In this document: positions 23,818-41,549 of the stretch, one piece after another
Numbering within the stretch: position 1 is the first letter of the stretch
Layout of the letters: the number at the start of each line of letters is the position of its first letter
DNA from: Heterodontus francisci
Taxonomy: Eukaryota
Length of the DNA stretch: 64,000 nucleotides
Direction: 5' to 3'
Assembly (NCBI RefSeq): GCF_036365525.1
Contig: NC_090402.1
Location: 23,071,308-23,135,307, forward strand
Notes under the pieces: generated by a model
The model's database searches: none
What the model was told of the DNA's origin: nothing
Seen by the model: the letters and a program-made list of their open reading frames with translations, nothing else
Position numbers and translations under genes: made by a program

Positions 23818-26549
23818 TTAAAAATTAATTCATGGGATGTGGGCGTCACTGTCTATGCCAGCATTTATTGCCCATCCTGAATTGCCCTTGCAAAGGTGGT
23901 GATAAGCTGCCTTCTTGAACCGCTGCAGTCCATGTGAGGTAGGTGCACTCACAGTGCTGTTGGAAGGGAGTTCCAGGATTTTGACCCAGCGATACAGTTC
24001 CAAGTCAGGATGGTGTGTGACTTGGATGGGAACTTGCAGGTGGTGATGTTCCCATGCATCTGCTGCTCTTGTCCTTCGAGGTGGTAGAGGTCGCGGGTTT
24101 GGAAGGTGCTGTCTAAGGAGCCTTGGTGCTTTGCTGCAGTGCATCTTATAGATGGTACACACTGCTGTCACTGTCCGTCGGTGGTGGAGGGAGTGAATGT
24201 TTGGGCATGGGGTGCCAATCAAGTGGGCTGCTTTGTTCTGGATGGTGTCGAACTTCTTGAGTGTTGTTGGAGCTGCACCCATCCAGGCAAGTGGAGAGTA
24301 CTCCATCATACTCCTGACTTGTGCCTTGTAGATGGTGGACAGGCTTTGGGGAGTCAGGAGGTGAGTTACTCGCCGCAGGATTCCTAGCCTCTGACCTGCT
24401 CTTGTAGCCACGGTATTTATATGGCTACTCCAGTTCAGTTTCTGGTCAATGGTAACCCCCAGGATGTTAATAGTGGGGGATTCAGCGATGGTAATGCCAT
24501 TGAATGTCAAGGGGAGATGGTTAGATTCTTCTTGTTGGAGATGGACATTGCCTGGCATTTGTGTGGCGCAAATGTTACTTGCCACTTATCAGCCCAAGCC
24601 TGGATACGATCCAGGTCTTGCTGTATTTCTACACGGACTGCTTCAGTATTTGAGGAGTCACGAATGGTGCTGAACATTGTGCAATCATCAGCGAACATCC
24701 CCACTTCTGACCTTATGATAGAAGGAAGGTCATTGATGAAGCAGCTGAAGATGGTTGGGCCTAGGACACTACCCTGAGGAACTCCTGCAGTGATGTCCTG
24801 GAGCTCAGATGATTGACCTCCAACAACCACAGCCATCTTCCTTTGTGCTAGGTATGACTCCAACCAGCGGAGAGTTTCCCCCCTGATTCCCATTGACTCC
24901 AGTTTTGCTAGGGCTCCTTGATGCCATACTCGGTCAAATGCTGTCTTGATGTCAAGGGCAGTCACTCTCACCTCACCTCTTGAGTTCAGCTCTTTTGTCC
25001 ATGTTTGAACCAAGGCTGTAATGAGGTCAGGAGCTGAGAGGCCCTGGTGGAACCCAAACAGCATCACTGAGCAGGTTATTGCTAAGCAAGTGCTGCTTGA
25101 TGGCACTGTTGATGACACCTTCCATCACTTTACTGACGATTGAGAGTAGACGGATGGGGCGGTAATTGGCTGGGTTGGATTTGTCCTGCTTTTTGTGTAC
25201 AGGACATACCTGGGCAATTTTCCACATTGCCGGGTAGATGCCAGTGTTGTAGCTATACTGGAACAGCTTGGCTAGGGGTGCGGCAAGTTCTGGAGCACAG
25301 GTCTTCAGTACTATTGTCGGAATATTGTCAGGACCCATAGTCTTTGCAGTATCCAGTGCCTTCAGTCGTTTCTTGATATCACGTGGAGTGAATTGAATTG
25401 GCTGAAGTCTGGCATCTGTAATGCTGGGGACTTTAGGAGGGGACTGAGGTGGATCATCAACTCGGCATTTCTGGCTGAAGATTGTTGCAAATGCTTCTGC
25501 CTTATCTTTCGCACTGATGTGCTGGGCTCCCCCATCATTGAGGATGGGGATATTTGTGGAGCCACCTCCTCCAGTTAGTTGTTTAATTGTCTACCACCAT
25601 TCACGACTGGATGTGGCAGAGCTTAGATCTGATCCGTTGTTTATGGGATCACTTAGCTCTGTCTATTGCATGCTGCTTATGCAGTTTGGCATGCAAGTAG
25701 CCCTTGGTAGTAGCTTCACCAGGTTGACACCTCATTTTGACGTTTGCCTGGTGAAGCTCCTGGCATGCCCTCCTGCACTCTTCATTGAACCAGGATTGGT
25801 CTCCTGGCTTGATGGTAATGGTAGAGTGGGGGATATGCCGGGCCATGAGGTTACAGATTATGGTTGAGTACAATTCTGCTGCTGCTGATGGCTCACAGCG
25901 CCTCATGGATGCCCAGTTTTGCATTGCTAGATCTGTTCGAAATCTATCCCATTTAGCACGGTGATAGTGCCACACAACATGATGGACGGTATCCTCAATG
26001 TGAAGGTGGGACTTCGTCTCCACAAGGACAGTGCGGTGGTCACTCCTACCAATACTGTCATGGACAGAAGCATCTGCGGCAGGCAGATTGGTGAGGACAA
26101 GGTCACGTATGTTTTTCCTTCGTGTTGGCTCCCCCACCACCTGCCACATACCCAGTCTAGCAGCTATGTCCTTTAGTACTCGGCCAGTTCGGTCAATAGT
26201 GGTGCTACCAAGCCACTCTTGATGATGGACGTTGAAGTCCCCCACCCAGAGTACATTTTGTGCCCTTGCCACCCTCAGTGCTTCCTCCAAGTGGTGTTCA
26301 ACATGGAGGAGTACTGATTCATCAGCTGAGGGAGGGCGGTAGGTGGTAATCAGTAGGAGGTTACCTTGCCCATATTTGACCTGATGCCATGAGACTTCAT
26401 GGGGTCCGGAGTTGATGTTGAGGACTCCCAGGGCAACCCCCTCCCTACTGTGGACCACGGTCCCGCCACCTCTGGTGGGTCTGTCCTGCTGGTGGGACAG
26501 GACATACCCAGGGATAGTGATTGCAGTGTCTGGGACATTGTCTGTCAGG
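23818..26549 (-). mobile_element. CR1-superfamily (Zenon-like) LINE ORF2, 5'-truncated inside the endonuclease
   Basis: Minus ORFs: TYRPPS, VGDFNVHHQEWLGS, GPDNIP, NYRPI, GVPQGSVLGP, FADD, MEYSPLAW. Subfamily name is inferred. Confidence 0.85.
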
Positions 26550-28366
26550 TATCCCTTGAGGAATATAAAGACAGTAGGAAGGAACTTAAGCAAGGAGTCA
26601 GGAGGGCTAAAAGGGGTTATGAGAAGTCATTGGCAAACAGGATTAAGGAAAATCCGAAGGCTTTTTATATGTATATAAAGAGCAAGAGGGTAACCAGGGA
26701 AAGGGTTGGCCCACTCAAGGACAGAGAAGGGAATCTATATGTGGAGCCAGACGAAATGGGCGAGGTACTAAATGAGTACTTTGCATCAGTATTCACCAAG
26801 GAGAAGAACTTGGTGGATTATGAGCCTAGGGAAGGGAGTGTACAGTCATCTCATTATCAAAAAGGAGGAGATGTTGGGTGTCTTGCAAAGCATTAAGGTA
26901 GATAAGTCCCCAGGGCCTGATGGGATCTACCCTAGAATACTGAGGGAGGCAAGGGAAGAAATTGTTGGGGCCTTGACAGAAATCTTTGCATCCTCATTGG
27001 CTACAGGTGAGGTCCCAGAGGACTGGAGAATAGCCAATGTTGTTCCTTTGTTTAAGAAGGGTAGCAAGGATAATCCAGGAAATTATAGGCCGGTGAGCCT
27101 AGGGAAATTATTAGAGAGGATTCTTCGGGACAGGATTTACTCCTATTTGGAAACAAATGGACTTATTAGCAAGATGCAGCATGGTTTTGTGAAGGGGAGG
27201 TCGTGTCTCACTAATTTGATTGAGTTTTTTGAGGAAGTGACAAAGATGATTGATGAAGGAAGGGCAGTGGATGTGGACTTCAGTAAAGCCTTTGACAAGG
27301 TCCCTCATGGCAGACTGGTACAAAAGGTGAAGTCACGTGGGATCAGAGGGGAGCTGGCAAGATGGATACAGAACTGACTCGGTCATAGAAGACAGAGGGT
27401 AGCAGTGGAAGGGTGCTTTTCTGAATGGAGGGATGTGACTAGTGGTGTTCCGCAGGGATCAATGCTGGGACCTTTGCTGTTTGTAATATATATATAAATG
27501 ATTTGGAGAAAATGTAGCTGGTCTGATTAGTAAGTTTGCGGACGACACAAAGGTTGGTGGAGTTGCGGACAGTGATGAGGATTGTCAGAGGATACAGCAG
27601 GATATAGATCGGTTGGAGACTTGGGCGGAGAAATGGCAGATGGAGTTTAATCCGGACAAATGTAAGGTAATGCATTTTGGAAGGTCTAATGCAGGTGGGA
27701 AGTATACAGTAAATGGCAGAACCCTTAGGATTATTGACAGGCAGAGAGATCTGGGCGTACAGGTCCACAGGTCACTGAAAGTGGCAATGCAGGTGGATAA
27801 AGTAGTCAAGAAGGCATACGGCATGGTTGCCTTCATCGGTCGGGGCATAGAGTATAAAAATTGGCAAGTCATGCTGCAGCTGTACAGAACTACAGTTAGG
27901 CCACACTTAGAATATTGTGTGCAATTCTGGTCGCCACACTACCAGAAGGACGTGGAGGCTTTGGAGAGGGTACAGAAGGGGTTTACCAGGATGTTTGCCT
28001 GGTCTGAAGGGCATTAGCTATGAGGAGAGGTTGGATAAACTTGGATTATTCTCACTGGAACGACGGAGGTGGAGGGGCGACATGATAGAGGTTTACAAAG
28101 TTATAAGCAGCATGGACAGAGTGGATAGTCAGAAGCTTTTTCCCAGGGTGGAAGAATCAGTTACCAGGGGACATAGGTTTAAGGTGAGAGTGGCAAAGTT
28201 TAGAGGGGATGTGCGAGGCAAGTTTTTTTACACAGAGGGTGGTAAGTGCCTGGAACTTGTTACCGGGGGAGGTGGTGGAAGCAGGTACCATAGAGACGTT
28301 TAAGAGGCATCTTGACAAATTCATGAATAGGATGGGAATAGAGGGATACGGACCCCGGAAGTGCAG
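26550..28366 (+). mobile_element. 5'-truncated CR1 LINE (RT)
   Basis: ORFs 26772-27377 and 27613-28017 (SPGPDG, NYRPVS, QHGF, WQMEFN, RPHLEYC). Confidence 0.9.
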
Positions 28367-28607
28367 TTGATCTCTTCACCTCCATGGAAACAGATGGAAG
28401 CTCTGATTGCAATGGGGGAGAGAATAGAGAGCACTGTATGATCGGTCCATACACCTTCATGAAAATCAATCGATCTCAAATGGATAGGTGTGCTGTATAA
28501 TATACAATGTGTGCAATACAGGGTGTTTCAAATATATTAATCAGGATCCACATAACGTTAAATCTATACTCACACAGTGCCATATCAAACAGTAATGCAA
28601 GGACAGA

Positions 28608-29180
28608 AACTTTCATTTGTATAGCACTTTTAACATAGAAAAGCATCCCAAGATGCTTTACAGAGGCGTAAGGAAAAAATAGATTTTGAGGAAAAGTATA
28701 TTCGGAGGAGTGACCAAAGTCTTGGCGAAACAGATTGGTTTTAAGAAGGGTCTTAAAGAAAAGGGAGGTGGAGGAGTGCAGTGGTGTAGGGAAGGAAACC
28801 CAGAGCAAGGAGCCTAACTGGGGAAAAGGGAGGAGGGGTACACAACAGGCCAGCGTCAGGGGAACAGAAAAGGGGTGGTGCAGTGCTGGAAGAGGTTACC
28901 AAGATGAGGAGGGAAATTAGACATTTAAAATTTTAAATTTGGGGTGCTGAGGTACCAGGAGCCTATGCAGGTCAGTGAGGACAGGGGTGATGGATAAGTA
29001 GGACTTGGTGAGGATAGGATGGTTTTGCACTGTTTGTAATGAACTGGTTTATGAAGGCTTGAAGATATAATGTGTGCAGGAAAGGATTTGTTTTATCAAG
29101 TCTGGAAGTGACAAAGACGTTGATTGTTTTTGTGGCCGATGAGCTGCAGTAGGAGAAGCGGGCACTGTTAGAGGCAGAAG
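28608..29180 (-). mobile_element. L2 LINE 3' fragment
   Basis: Minus-strand FVTSRLD, FKTLLKT motifs and L2/Deu-SINE-type tail (gtgctatacaaatgaaagtt). Confidence 0.6.
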
Positions 29181-29189
29181 CAATGCTGC

Positions 29190-30236
29190 TGATACGTCCT
29201 GTTTCCTCAACCCACCCACCGTAGTTGACAGGACCATCGACTGTGTCCATCCTATTTCCCACAATTCTGCCCTCACCCCTTCCCCTCCCACCCAGAAACA
29301 CGATGGAATTCCCTTTGCCCTCACCTTCCACATTCAATGGATCATCTCCGCCATTTCTGCCACATCCAGTGTCATACTACCATCAAACGCACCTTCCAAT
29401 CTCTTTCCCTTTCAGCATTCTAAGGGTCTGTTCCCTTTGTGACACTCTGGTCCACCCTTTCATCAAACACCCGCTTTCCCTTCCTAAAGGACCTTACCAT
29501 GCAAGCACAGGAGATACAACACCTGCCCATTCACCTCCTCCCTTCCCACTGTCCAAGGATCAAACACTCCTTCCAGGTGAAACAGTGATTTACTTGCACT
29601 TACTTCTTTCAAGTTACTATACTGTATTCGCTGCTCATGATGTGGTCTCCTCTACACTGGGGAGATTGAATGCTGAACACCTCTGTTCAGTCCGTAAGTT
29701 TGACCCTGAGCTTCCGGTCGCTTGCCATTTAAATTCTCTGCCCCAACCCCACTCTGGCCTTTCTATCCTTGGCCTGCTACTGTTCCAATGAAGCTCAATG
29801 GAAGTTTGAGGAACAGCATCTCATCTTTCGATTTACAACCTCCAGAAACAACACTGAGTTCATAATTTCAGATCAAAACCAGTGCACCCCATTTATTTTC
29901 AGACAGCAAGTGCTAGCAATGATTCGGTGGTTGTCATTTTCAGCTGCTGTAGCCTCATCTTTTGTTTCTCTACTTGTCTCATTATCATTTGCAAGTCTTG
30001 CACCATGATCCATTTTGTCATTTAATCACTCCTACCTTTCACTGACTTTCCCAGTTCTTCTTTCCTCCTCTCCCCCACTTTCCCTGCCTCTGGACTTGCT
30101 TAAGACCTGTTACATCTGTATCATTTACCAGTTTTGACAAAAGGTCACTGACCTGAAACGTTAACTCTGTATCTCTCTCCACAGATGCTGCCTGATCTTC
30201 TGAATATTTCCAGCATTTTCTGTTTAGATTTCAGAA
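29190..30236 (+). mobile_element. Penelope-like element 3' part (decayed GIY-YIG region and terminal repeat with mutated hammerhead)
   Basis: Remnants AEHLCSVRKFDPELPVACHLNS and EEQHLIFR. Terminus aggtcactgacctgaaacgttaactctg...ccacagatgctgcc. Confidence 0.7.
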
Positions 30237-30409
30237 GTAGGTAGTCTTTGTGGAGAAATATTAAATCAAACTTCTGATCTCCATTGAACAGAATGCGTAA
30301 ATAGTCTACTTCAGCCTGAGACAGTGGCAGGGAGCAAGATGGAGTCGATACCGAGTTTGTAGTGAGAATTGAAGAGCATGGTTTCGGTCTTCCCAACGCT
30401 TAGCTAGAA

Positions 30410-31740
30410 GAAACAAATAAAAGCAGGATAACTGGTGGCAGAGAGTCAGTCAGAGCTGAGAGAGGGCAAACTGTGTGAGCAGACAAATTCAGAGCCAGAG
30501 CACGAGCTGAATGCAATAAACTGAGAAAAAAAATCTAAAATTATGTCACTGTTGCGAAGGGAGCAGATTGGCGGGTATCAGGTAAAAGTTAGTTTGTTTT
30601 ATTAAATTGCTTGTGTTTTCACTGTTGAAATTCACTTGATGGTAATTTCCATTGTGATTTAGATTTATAGATATTACTTCCAGTATCTTCAGCCATTACT
30701 ATTTTCATATCCCAGTCTTTGAGGTTAGTTTCTCAAAGTTTTATAGGTCAGTGTCTCGCATTTTGAGCTCAGTGTCAAGTATTTTAATGTTCAGGGTCTT
30801 AATGGTTTAGAGGCCAGTGGATTGACTATTATAGCAGGGACCTGCTGTATGTGCATTCTGTTCTGTGTAGGAACTCCAGGGCACATCATGCGTCCTGGAT
30901 ATCCATGTGCGCCAGAAGTGCCGCCAGTTGCTCAAACTTAAGTTCCGAGTTTCAGAGCTTGAGGAGTGGCTGGAGCCACTGCAGTGCAGCCAAGAGTGTT
31001 AGAATTTTCTTGAATGTACATTCCAGGAGGTGGTCACCCTAAGCTACCGTAAGGGAAGAAGTGACCACCAGACAGAGTAACAGAAAGTTACAGTGAGTGC
31101 AGGAATCCCCCAAGTCAGTGGCACTCACTAAGCAGTTTTCAGTTTTGAATATCTTGCAACTCCTTGGAAGAAGAGTCAAACCTCTGGCACCACGGGAGAT
31201 TTGACTGCATTCAGGGGAAAAAGTAGAAATGCAGTCGGGAATTTTATAGGTAGCAGCATCGACAAGCATTTCTATAATCATTGTGATTCCTGAATGGTAT
31301 GTCGCCTCCCTGGTTTCAGGGTAAAGGATATCACCCAGTGGGTGCAGAATATTCTGTCAAGGGAAGGGAAATAGCCAGAAGTCGTGGTCCATTTTGGAAC
31401 CAATGATATTGGTGGAAATAATGTTGAGGTCCTTCAGGCAGAGTTTCAGGATCTAGAAAAGATTAAAAAAGGATCTCAAAGGTAGTCATTTTGGGACTGC
31501 TCCCAGTGTCACATGCTAGTGAGTATAGACACAGGAACATAGTGAAGGTATATGGGGTGGCTGGAGATTGGTGCAGATTCTTGGGGCATTGGGTCCAGTT
31601 CTGGGAGAAGGAGCACCTTAACAAAGCTGGGACCAGTATTCTCGTTAAGAGGTTAGTTAACTAATTATGTTGGGGAGGGTTTAAACTAATTTGACAGGGT
31701 GAGGGGAACCAGAAATTAGATCAGAGGAGAAAGTATAAAC
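30410..31740 (+). mobile_element. CR1 5' UTR/ORF1 remnant
   Basis: Decayed similarity to 9280-10250 (CLPG, VHFGTND, gggagggtttaaactaa). Confidence 0.65.
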
Positions 31741-31814
31741 AACAGTAAAATTAGAAATATTCCAAAGATTGTAGGGACTGGATTGAGGAAAATAGCAAAA
31801 GCCTAAAAATCTAA

Positions 31815-32950
31815 TTTAAATCACCCCTTAAACTTCTGTATTCCAGGGGATACAAGCCTAGTTTGTGTAATCTGTCTCCATAATTTAACCCTTGTAGCCT
31901 TGGAAACATTATGGGGATCTATGCTGCACCCCTTCCAAGGTCAATATACCCTTTCCAAGGAGCAGTGACTGAACTGCACTCAGTATTCCAGATGTGGTCG
32001 AACCAGGGCTTTCTACAGCTGTAGCAAAAATTCTCTCCCCTTTATATTTTAGCCCTCTAGATATAAAGGCTAGCAGTCCACTAGCCTTTGATTTTTTTTT
32101 GTATTTGACCACTACATTGTGTACATGAACCCTTAAATCTCTTTGGATCTCCAGTAATCTTAGATATTCACCATTTAAAAGATACTTGGATGATCTCACT
32201 TACCTGCGTTGAAATCCATCTGTCAGTTTTTCCACGCACTTAATCTATCAATGTGTCTTTGTAATTTTATGCTCCTACTTACTATATCATTCTTTGCGTC
32301 ATTGGCAAACTTGGATAAATGGCTTTCTATAGTGTTAAAAGTCATTAATAAATGTCGTGAATACTTGATGCCCAGCAGATCCTTGTGAGATACCCTGAGT
32401 CACTTCCTTTCAATTTGAGTTCATAACCATTATCCCGACTCCTTGTGAGTTCCAGTCAATGATTCATTTAGTTTCTCTGAACCATCAGGTATACTATCCT
32501 CTTCCTCTACAGTGAAAACTGACACAAAGGAAATATTTAGCAAGTCTACCATTTCCTTACTTCCATTTGTAATATTACCCACGCTGTTTTGTAAAGAGCC
32601 CACATTACCCTTGACTACCCTTTCCCCATATAATTGTAAAAACTTGCATTAATTTGATGTTTCTCAAGTGTTTTTTGTTGTATCCCTTTTTTTGAAACTG
32701 TCTTCCTTTACGGTTTTCACATTACTCCTAGTTCCTTAAATCTATACTATTCTTTGCACTTTTGTATGCACTTTCCTTTAGTTTTACACTCACCTCTTTT
32801 GTCAAACATGGTTATTTTATTTGTTAAGTAGAGCTCTTTCCCCTTAGAGATATATATTGGTTCTGTATTAAGCTAAATACTTTTTGAGCACCTCCCAATG
32901 TTCACGTGCAATTTTATCCATTAACAGTTTTGACCAGTCTGACAGCTTTG
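31815..32950 (-). mobile_element. Old CR1 ORF2 fragments
   Basis: ORF 31909-32199 and flanks resemble the CR1 RT C-terminus. Confidence 0.55.
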
Positions 32951-34017
32951 AACTTTGGTCTACTCAGCATTACTTTTTCCTCTGCTTTATAATCTGTGGC
33001 ACAGTCTTCAAATATCTTATCCCCACAGCCTGGCACTCTCCATAAACTTCTCTACAATCCTATATCTGTTCCACCTCTTTGGCTGCAAAAGGAACCCTAG
33101 TATCTCAGGTTTTTCTCATTACTCAACCTTCGTTTTGTTGTTTGCATTCTGCTGGACAAGTTCAAACCAGACTCTGGTAGAATTCCACTAAAATTTATTT
33201 CCCCCACTCCTTATTGCCTGGTGTTAACTCCAGTTTACAGCCCAAGAATGCTCCTATTCCTGTCTGGTATTTAACCCAAGTGAGCATTCTTCATGTGTAG
33301 TGGCACACTATTCAATTATGGAGACACCTCAAGGAAACCTACTCCTGTTATAAATGCGAACTTTTGCTCCTATCGGGTGAAAAACTAAATCGACATACAT
33401 TTGGAACCAAACGTGAGATTTTCTGGCCTGTATAACTCAGCCACACCCTCGACCTTTACCAACTAACTTTATCAAGCTATGCCTAAGACTACATAAAAAG
33501 TGAAAAGGCCTAACAATTTTGAATATGTGAAAGACAGGCTAAATAACAGATGTTCGAGTTAATTTCATTGTCAGAAAGTGAAAATGCACCAGGACGGCAC
33601 CAAAACCGCATTCTCTACAACAGTACCGAAGAAGGATAAATTCATCAGCTCAGTTTATATTTTAGAAACTCTTCCTCGACAGCTCACTCAGAAGGTAGAC
33701 CATCTGAACCAACAGCAACAAGCAGTAACCATCATTCCAGAGCCGAATACTCCAGAACCAGGCGAAGGAAAGGATAATGACGTAACACGCATGCAATCGC
33801 CGTTGGCGAGAGGAAGAGGGCGGACCGATGACGTCTATAATGATTGACAACAGAACGACCCAATTGAGACTCGATCTCGGAGGCAGTTCCAGTTCCCACT
33901 GGTCCGCGACGGTTTAAAGTCTAGCCAATAAGTGCGCGCGTTGGCGGACTGGAGGCGGGCTTTCGGGTCCACTCTGACGCGTCCCCAAAAGCCCGTACGT
34001 GTCACCCTCCGGAGTGG

Positions 34018-34113
34018 CCAGCGTGGTCCCTCTGCCCAATCAACGGCCTCCAACGCGATGACAACCGACCAATGGCAGCGCTCCACGACGGGGAAGTCAA
34101 GATTCTATATAAA
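34018..34113 (+). promoter_or_regulatory. HSPA5: HSPA5 promoter: tandem ER-stress elements and TATA box
   Basis: Perfect ERSE CCAAT-N9-CCACG at 34069-34087. Variant CCAAT-N9-CCAAC at 34036-34054. CCAGC half-site 34018-34022. TATATAAA 34106-34113. Extra CCAAT at 33860 and 33925. CpG-rich. Confidence 0.92.
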
Positions 34114-34134
34114 GGCACGAGCGGTAGCATCATC

Positions 34135-34202
34135 GGTGTTAAGAGTTGTGAGGTTTACAATAGGCGGCTGCTGGTAGGTGCTGGGACGGCGTTAGTTAAC
34201 GG
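34135..34202 (+). other. HSPA5: HSPA5 putative non-coding exon 1 (TSS approximate)
   Basis: Begins about 25-30 bp after TATA. Donor GG|gtaagg at 34203. Acceptor ttcttcccttTAG|A at 34823/34824, 41 nt before the ATG. Confidence 0.7.
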
Positions 34203-34864
34203 GTAAGGTTGCTCTTATAGCCTTCTAATAGACCTCTAGTAGAGAGGCAGAGTAATTGTAAACAGTCTGAATTGTTATGATGAATGAATGGCGAGGGAGT
34301 GAAGGTTTTGGGTAGGGATCAAGGTTAACTGAACGGGGCCGCATGGTACTACTGCTTTCCCTCGACGACCGATTATTCATTGGCTCTAAGAGCCATAGTG
34401 CGGAATCAATAGGGTTGTAATCTAAAATGATTTATCTTTGCGCTAGTTTTTTTTTTGGTTGATGTAGTTTATAGGTTGTCGATACTCGGTGATTGTATTA
34501 GAATTGGGTTGGGAAGGGGGCTCAGCGTTGGCTGATATAAAATGGCTTCCGGTGTAGCGGTGCAGTTGCTTGTTGGATTTATTCTACCGGGATTTATCTT
34601 CCATTCACGCTTCGAAAGCTGTGCACTTGTAGCAACTGCTGAACTTTCTACTTAAGTGTTAATTTTACACTGGGAAGGGTTGGGAATGTCTCATTCTGTC
34701 TGCAAACGGTGATAACGCTGAGTCGAAAGTAATGTGATGTAAAAGTGACATTTAATGGGAATTTTACGTTTTTTTAAAAAAGTGGACTGCTGTATTTGAC
34801 CTGAACCTTTTTCTTCCCTTTAGAGATTCAGTCACAATATTGAAGGACACTGAACTGAATCACA

Positions 34865-40127
<5,263 letters not shown>

Positions 40128-40437
40128 TCAAAGGACTCGTAAAATGTTAATTTTGTAAATAGTGGACTGTTTGGAAAAGAATTATCTCTGAATGATAAGG
40201 ACTTAAATCTTGAATGTATGTGCACAATTTTACTTGAGTGAACATTCTAAAAGGCTCAGTACTTTCCATTGCAGTTTCAGCATGAACTATCCAGAGGGAG
40301 AACTTGATTGGGAGATTCAGGTTGTCAAGGGTATGAATACAATGTTCTCCAAGTACACAACACATTTTTTTTCTATTTATTTGAAATCCCTTGTTTGGTC
40401 TGTGTAAGTGTAGAAAACATTTTCTACTGTATTGACC

Positions 40438-40443
40438 AATAAA
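40438..40443 (+). terminator. HSPA5: Probable HSPA5 polyadenylation signal (further AATAAA at 40774 and 41214)
   Basis: AATAAA about 310 nt after the stop, followed by a U/GU-rich tract. Confidence 0.6.
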
Positions 40444-41549
40444 TGTTATGTTTGATATGAACATTTCTTTTCCTTGTCTTAAGGATGGAGATTTTTAGAG
40501 AAAAAATGCTGATTACCACAGGTGACTAAATTTATACTTTACCAATTTGGAGCACTCAGTGAATTTTGATCCACCATACACTAGTTACTTGCAGTACAGT
40601 CTAAATAGCATAACTACTTTAGAATGGCATGTGAACTAGTAAGATTACATACTGTGCCACATCTATTTGAATCAAGAGCAATTCTGTGGTCTCTGCCATT
40701 TAATGTTGCTGTGACTTAAGCTGGTTTGGGAAAATGTATTTTTCTAGAAGTATAATTATTTGAATTACAAAACAATAAATTGCCCATCCTTGAGGGGAAA
40801 GACTGAAGGACTAGTGCAGTAATAGAGTACTGGTACGTCAAAGTTGGATAAACCTGGCTCTTCGGTTAGGTTTGTTCATTGACTGTAACTTAATAATTTG
40901 AGCTCTTATCTGAAGCCTAGAGTGTATTTCACCTGAATATGTAGCATAAGAACTTGTGTAACAAATTAAGGTAGGTGTTGCCTTTCAAACCACAAGTTGT
41001 GAAGAAATATATGAACCCTAAAATTTGGGATTGGGTCCAGGATGTCTCGCTTGGCAAGTTGTATAATTCAATGTTTGTCTTGGTTGAATGCTACAAGTTT
41101 GGAGAGAGACTGGATTTTCAGATATATGAACAATTACCTCAGTTGAACCCCACTGGACTATGCTATGCTCCAGCTTCAAGCTGTCACTGTAGTTACTCAG
41201 TATTGGACAGTTGAATAAAAGGTCAGTGCCTGGAACAATCTTGTCTTGACTGCTAGTTGTAACTAATTTGAGAATGCAAAAATGGAAACTACTAGTTGAA
41301 GTAGATCACCAATGAGATTTGCTTTATTGGACTCGAAGAACTGAACTACTGACTTTGTACAATTAGTATTGGGATTTTCAGAAAATGCTAAATTCAACCT
41401 CTGGAGAACATCCAACATGAGGTGCTATTTTTCAATTGGTATACACAATATTGATTAGGCTGTCACCCACTTATTTTAGCATTTTAATATGGCAATTGTA
41501 TTTGAGGAACATGCAGCAGATACCAATTGTGTGGTTTGTTTCCTTGTGA

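Noticed and set aside
26399-26896. 165-aa novel ORF
   Set aside because: Read-through across the antisense Zenon-like/CR1 junction.
33578-34177. Short ORFs in the HSPA5 promoter
   Set aside because: No recognisable homology or splice support. They overlap ERSE/TATA elements in GC-rich DNA.
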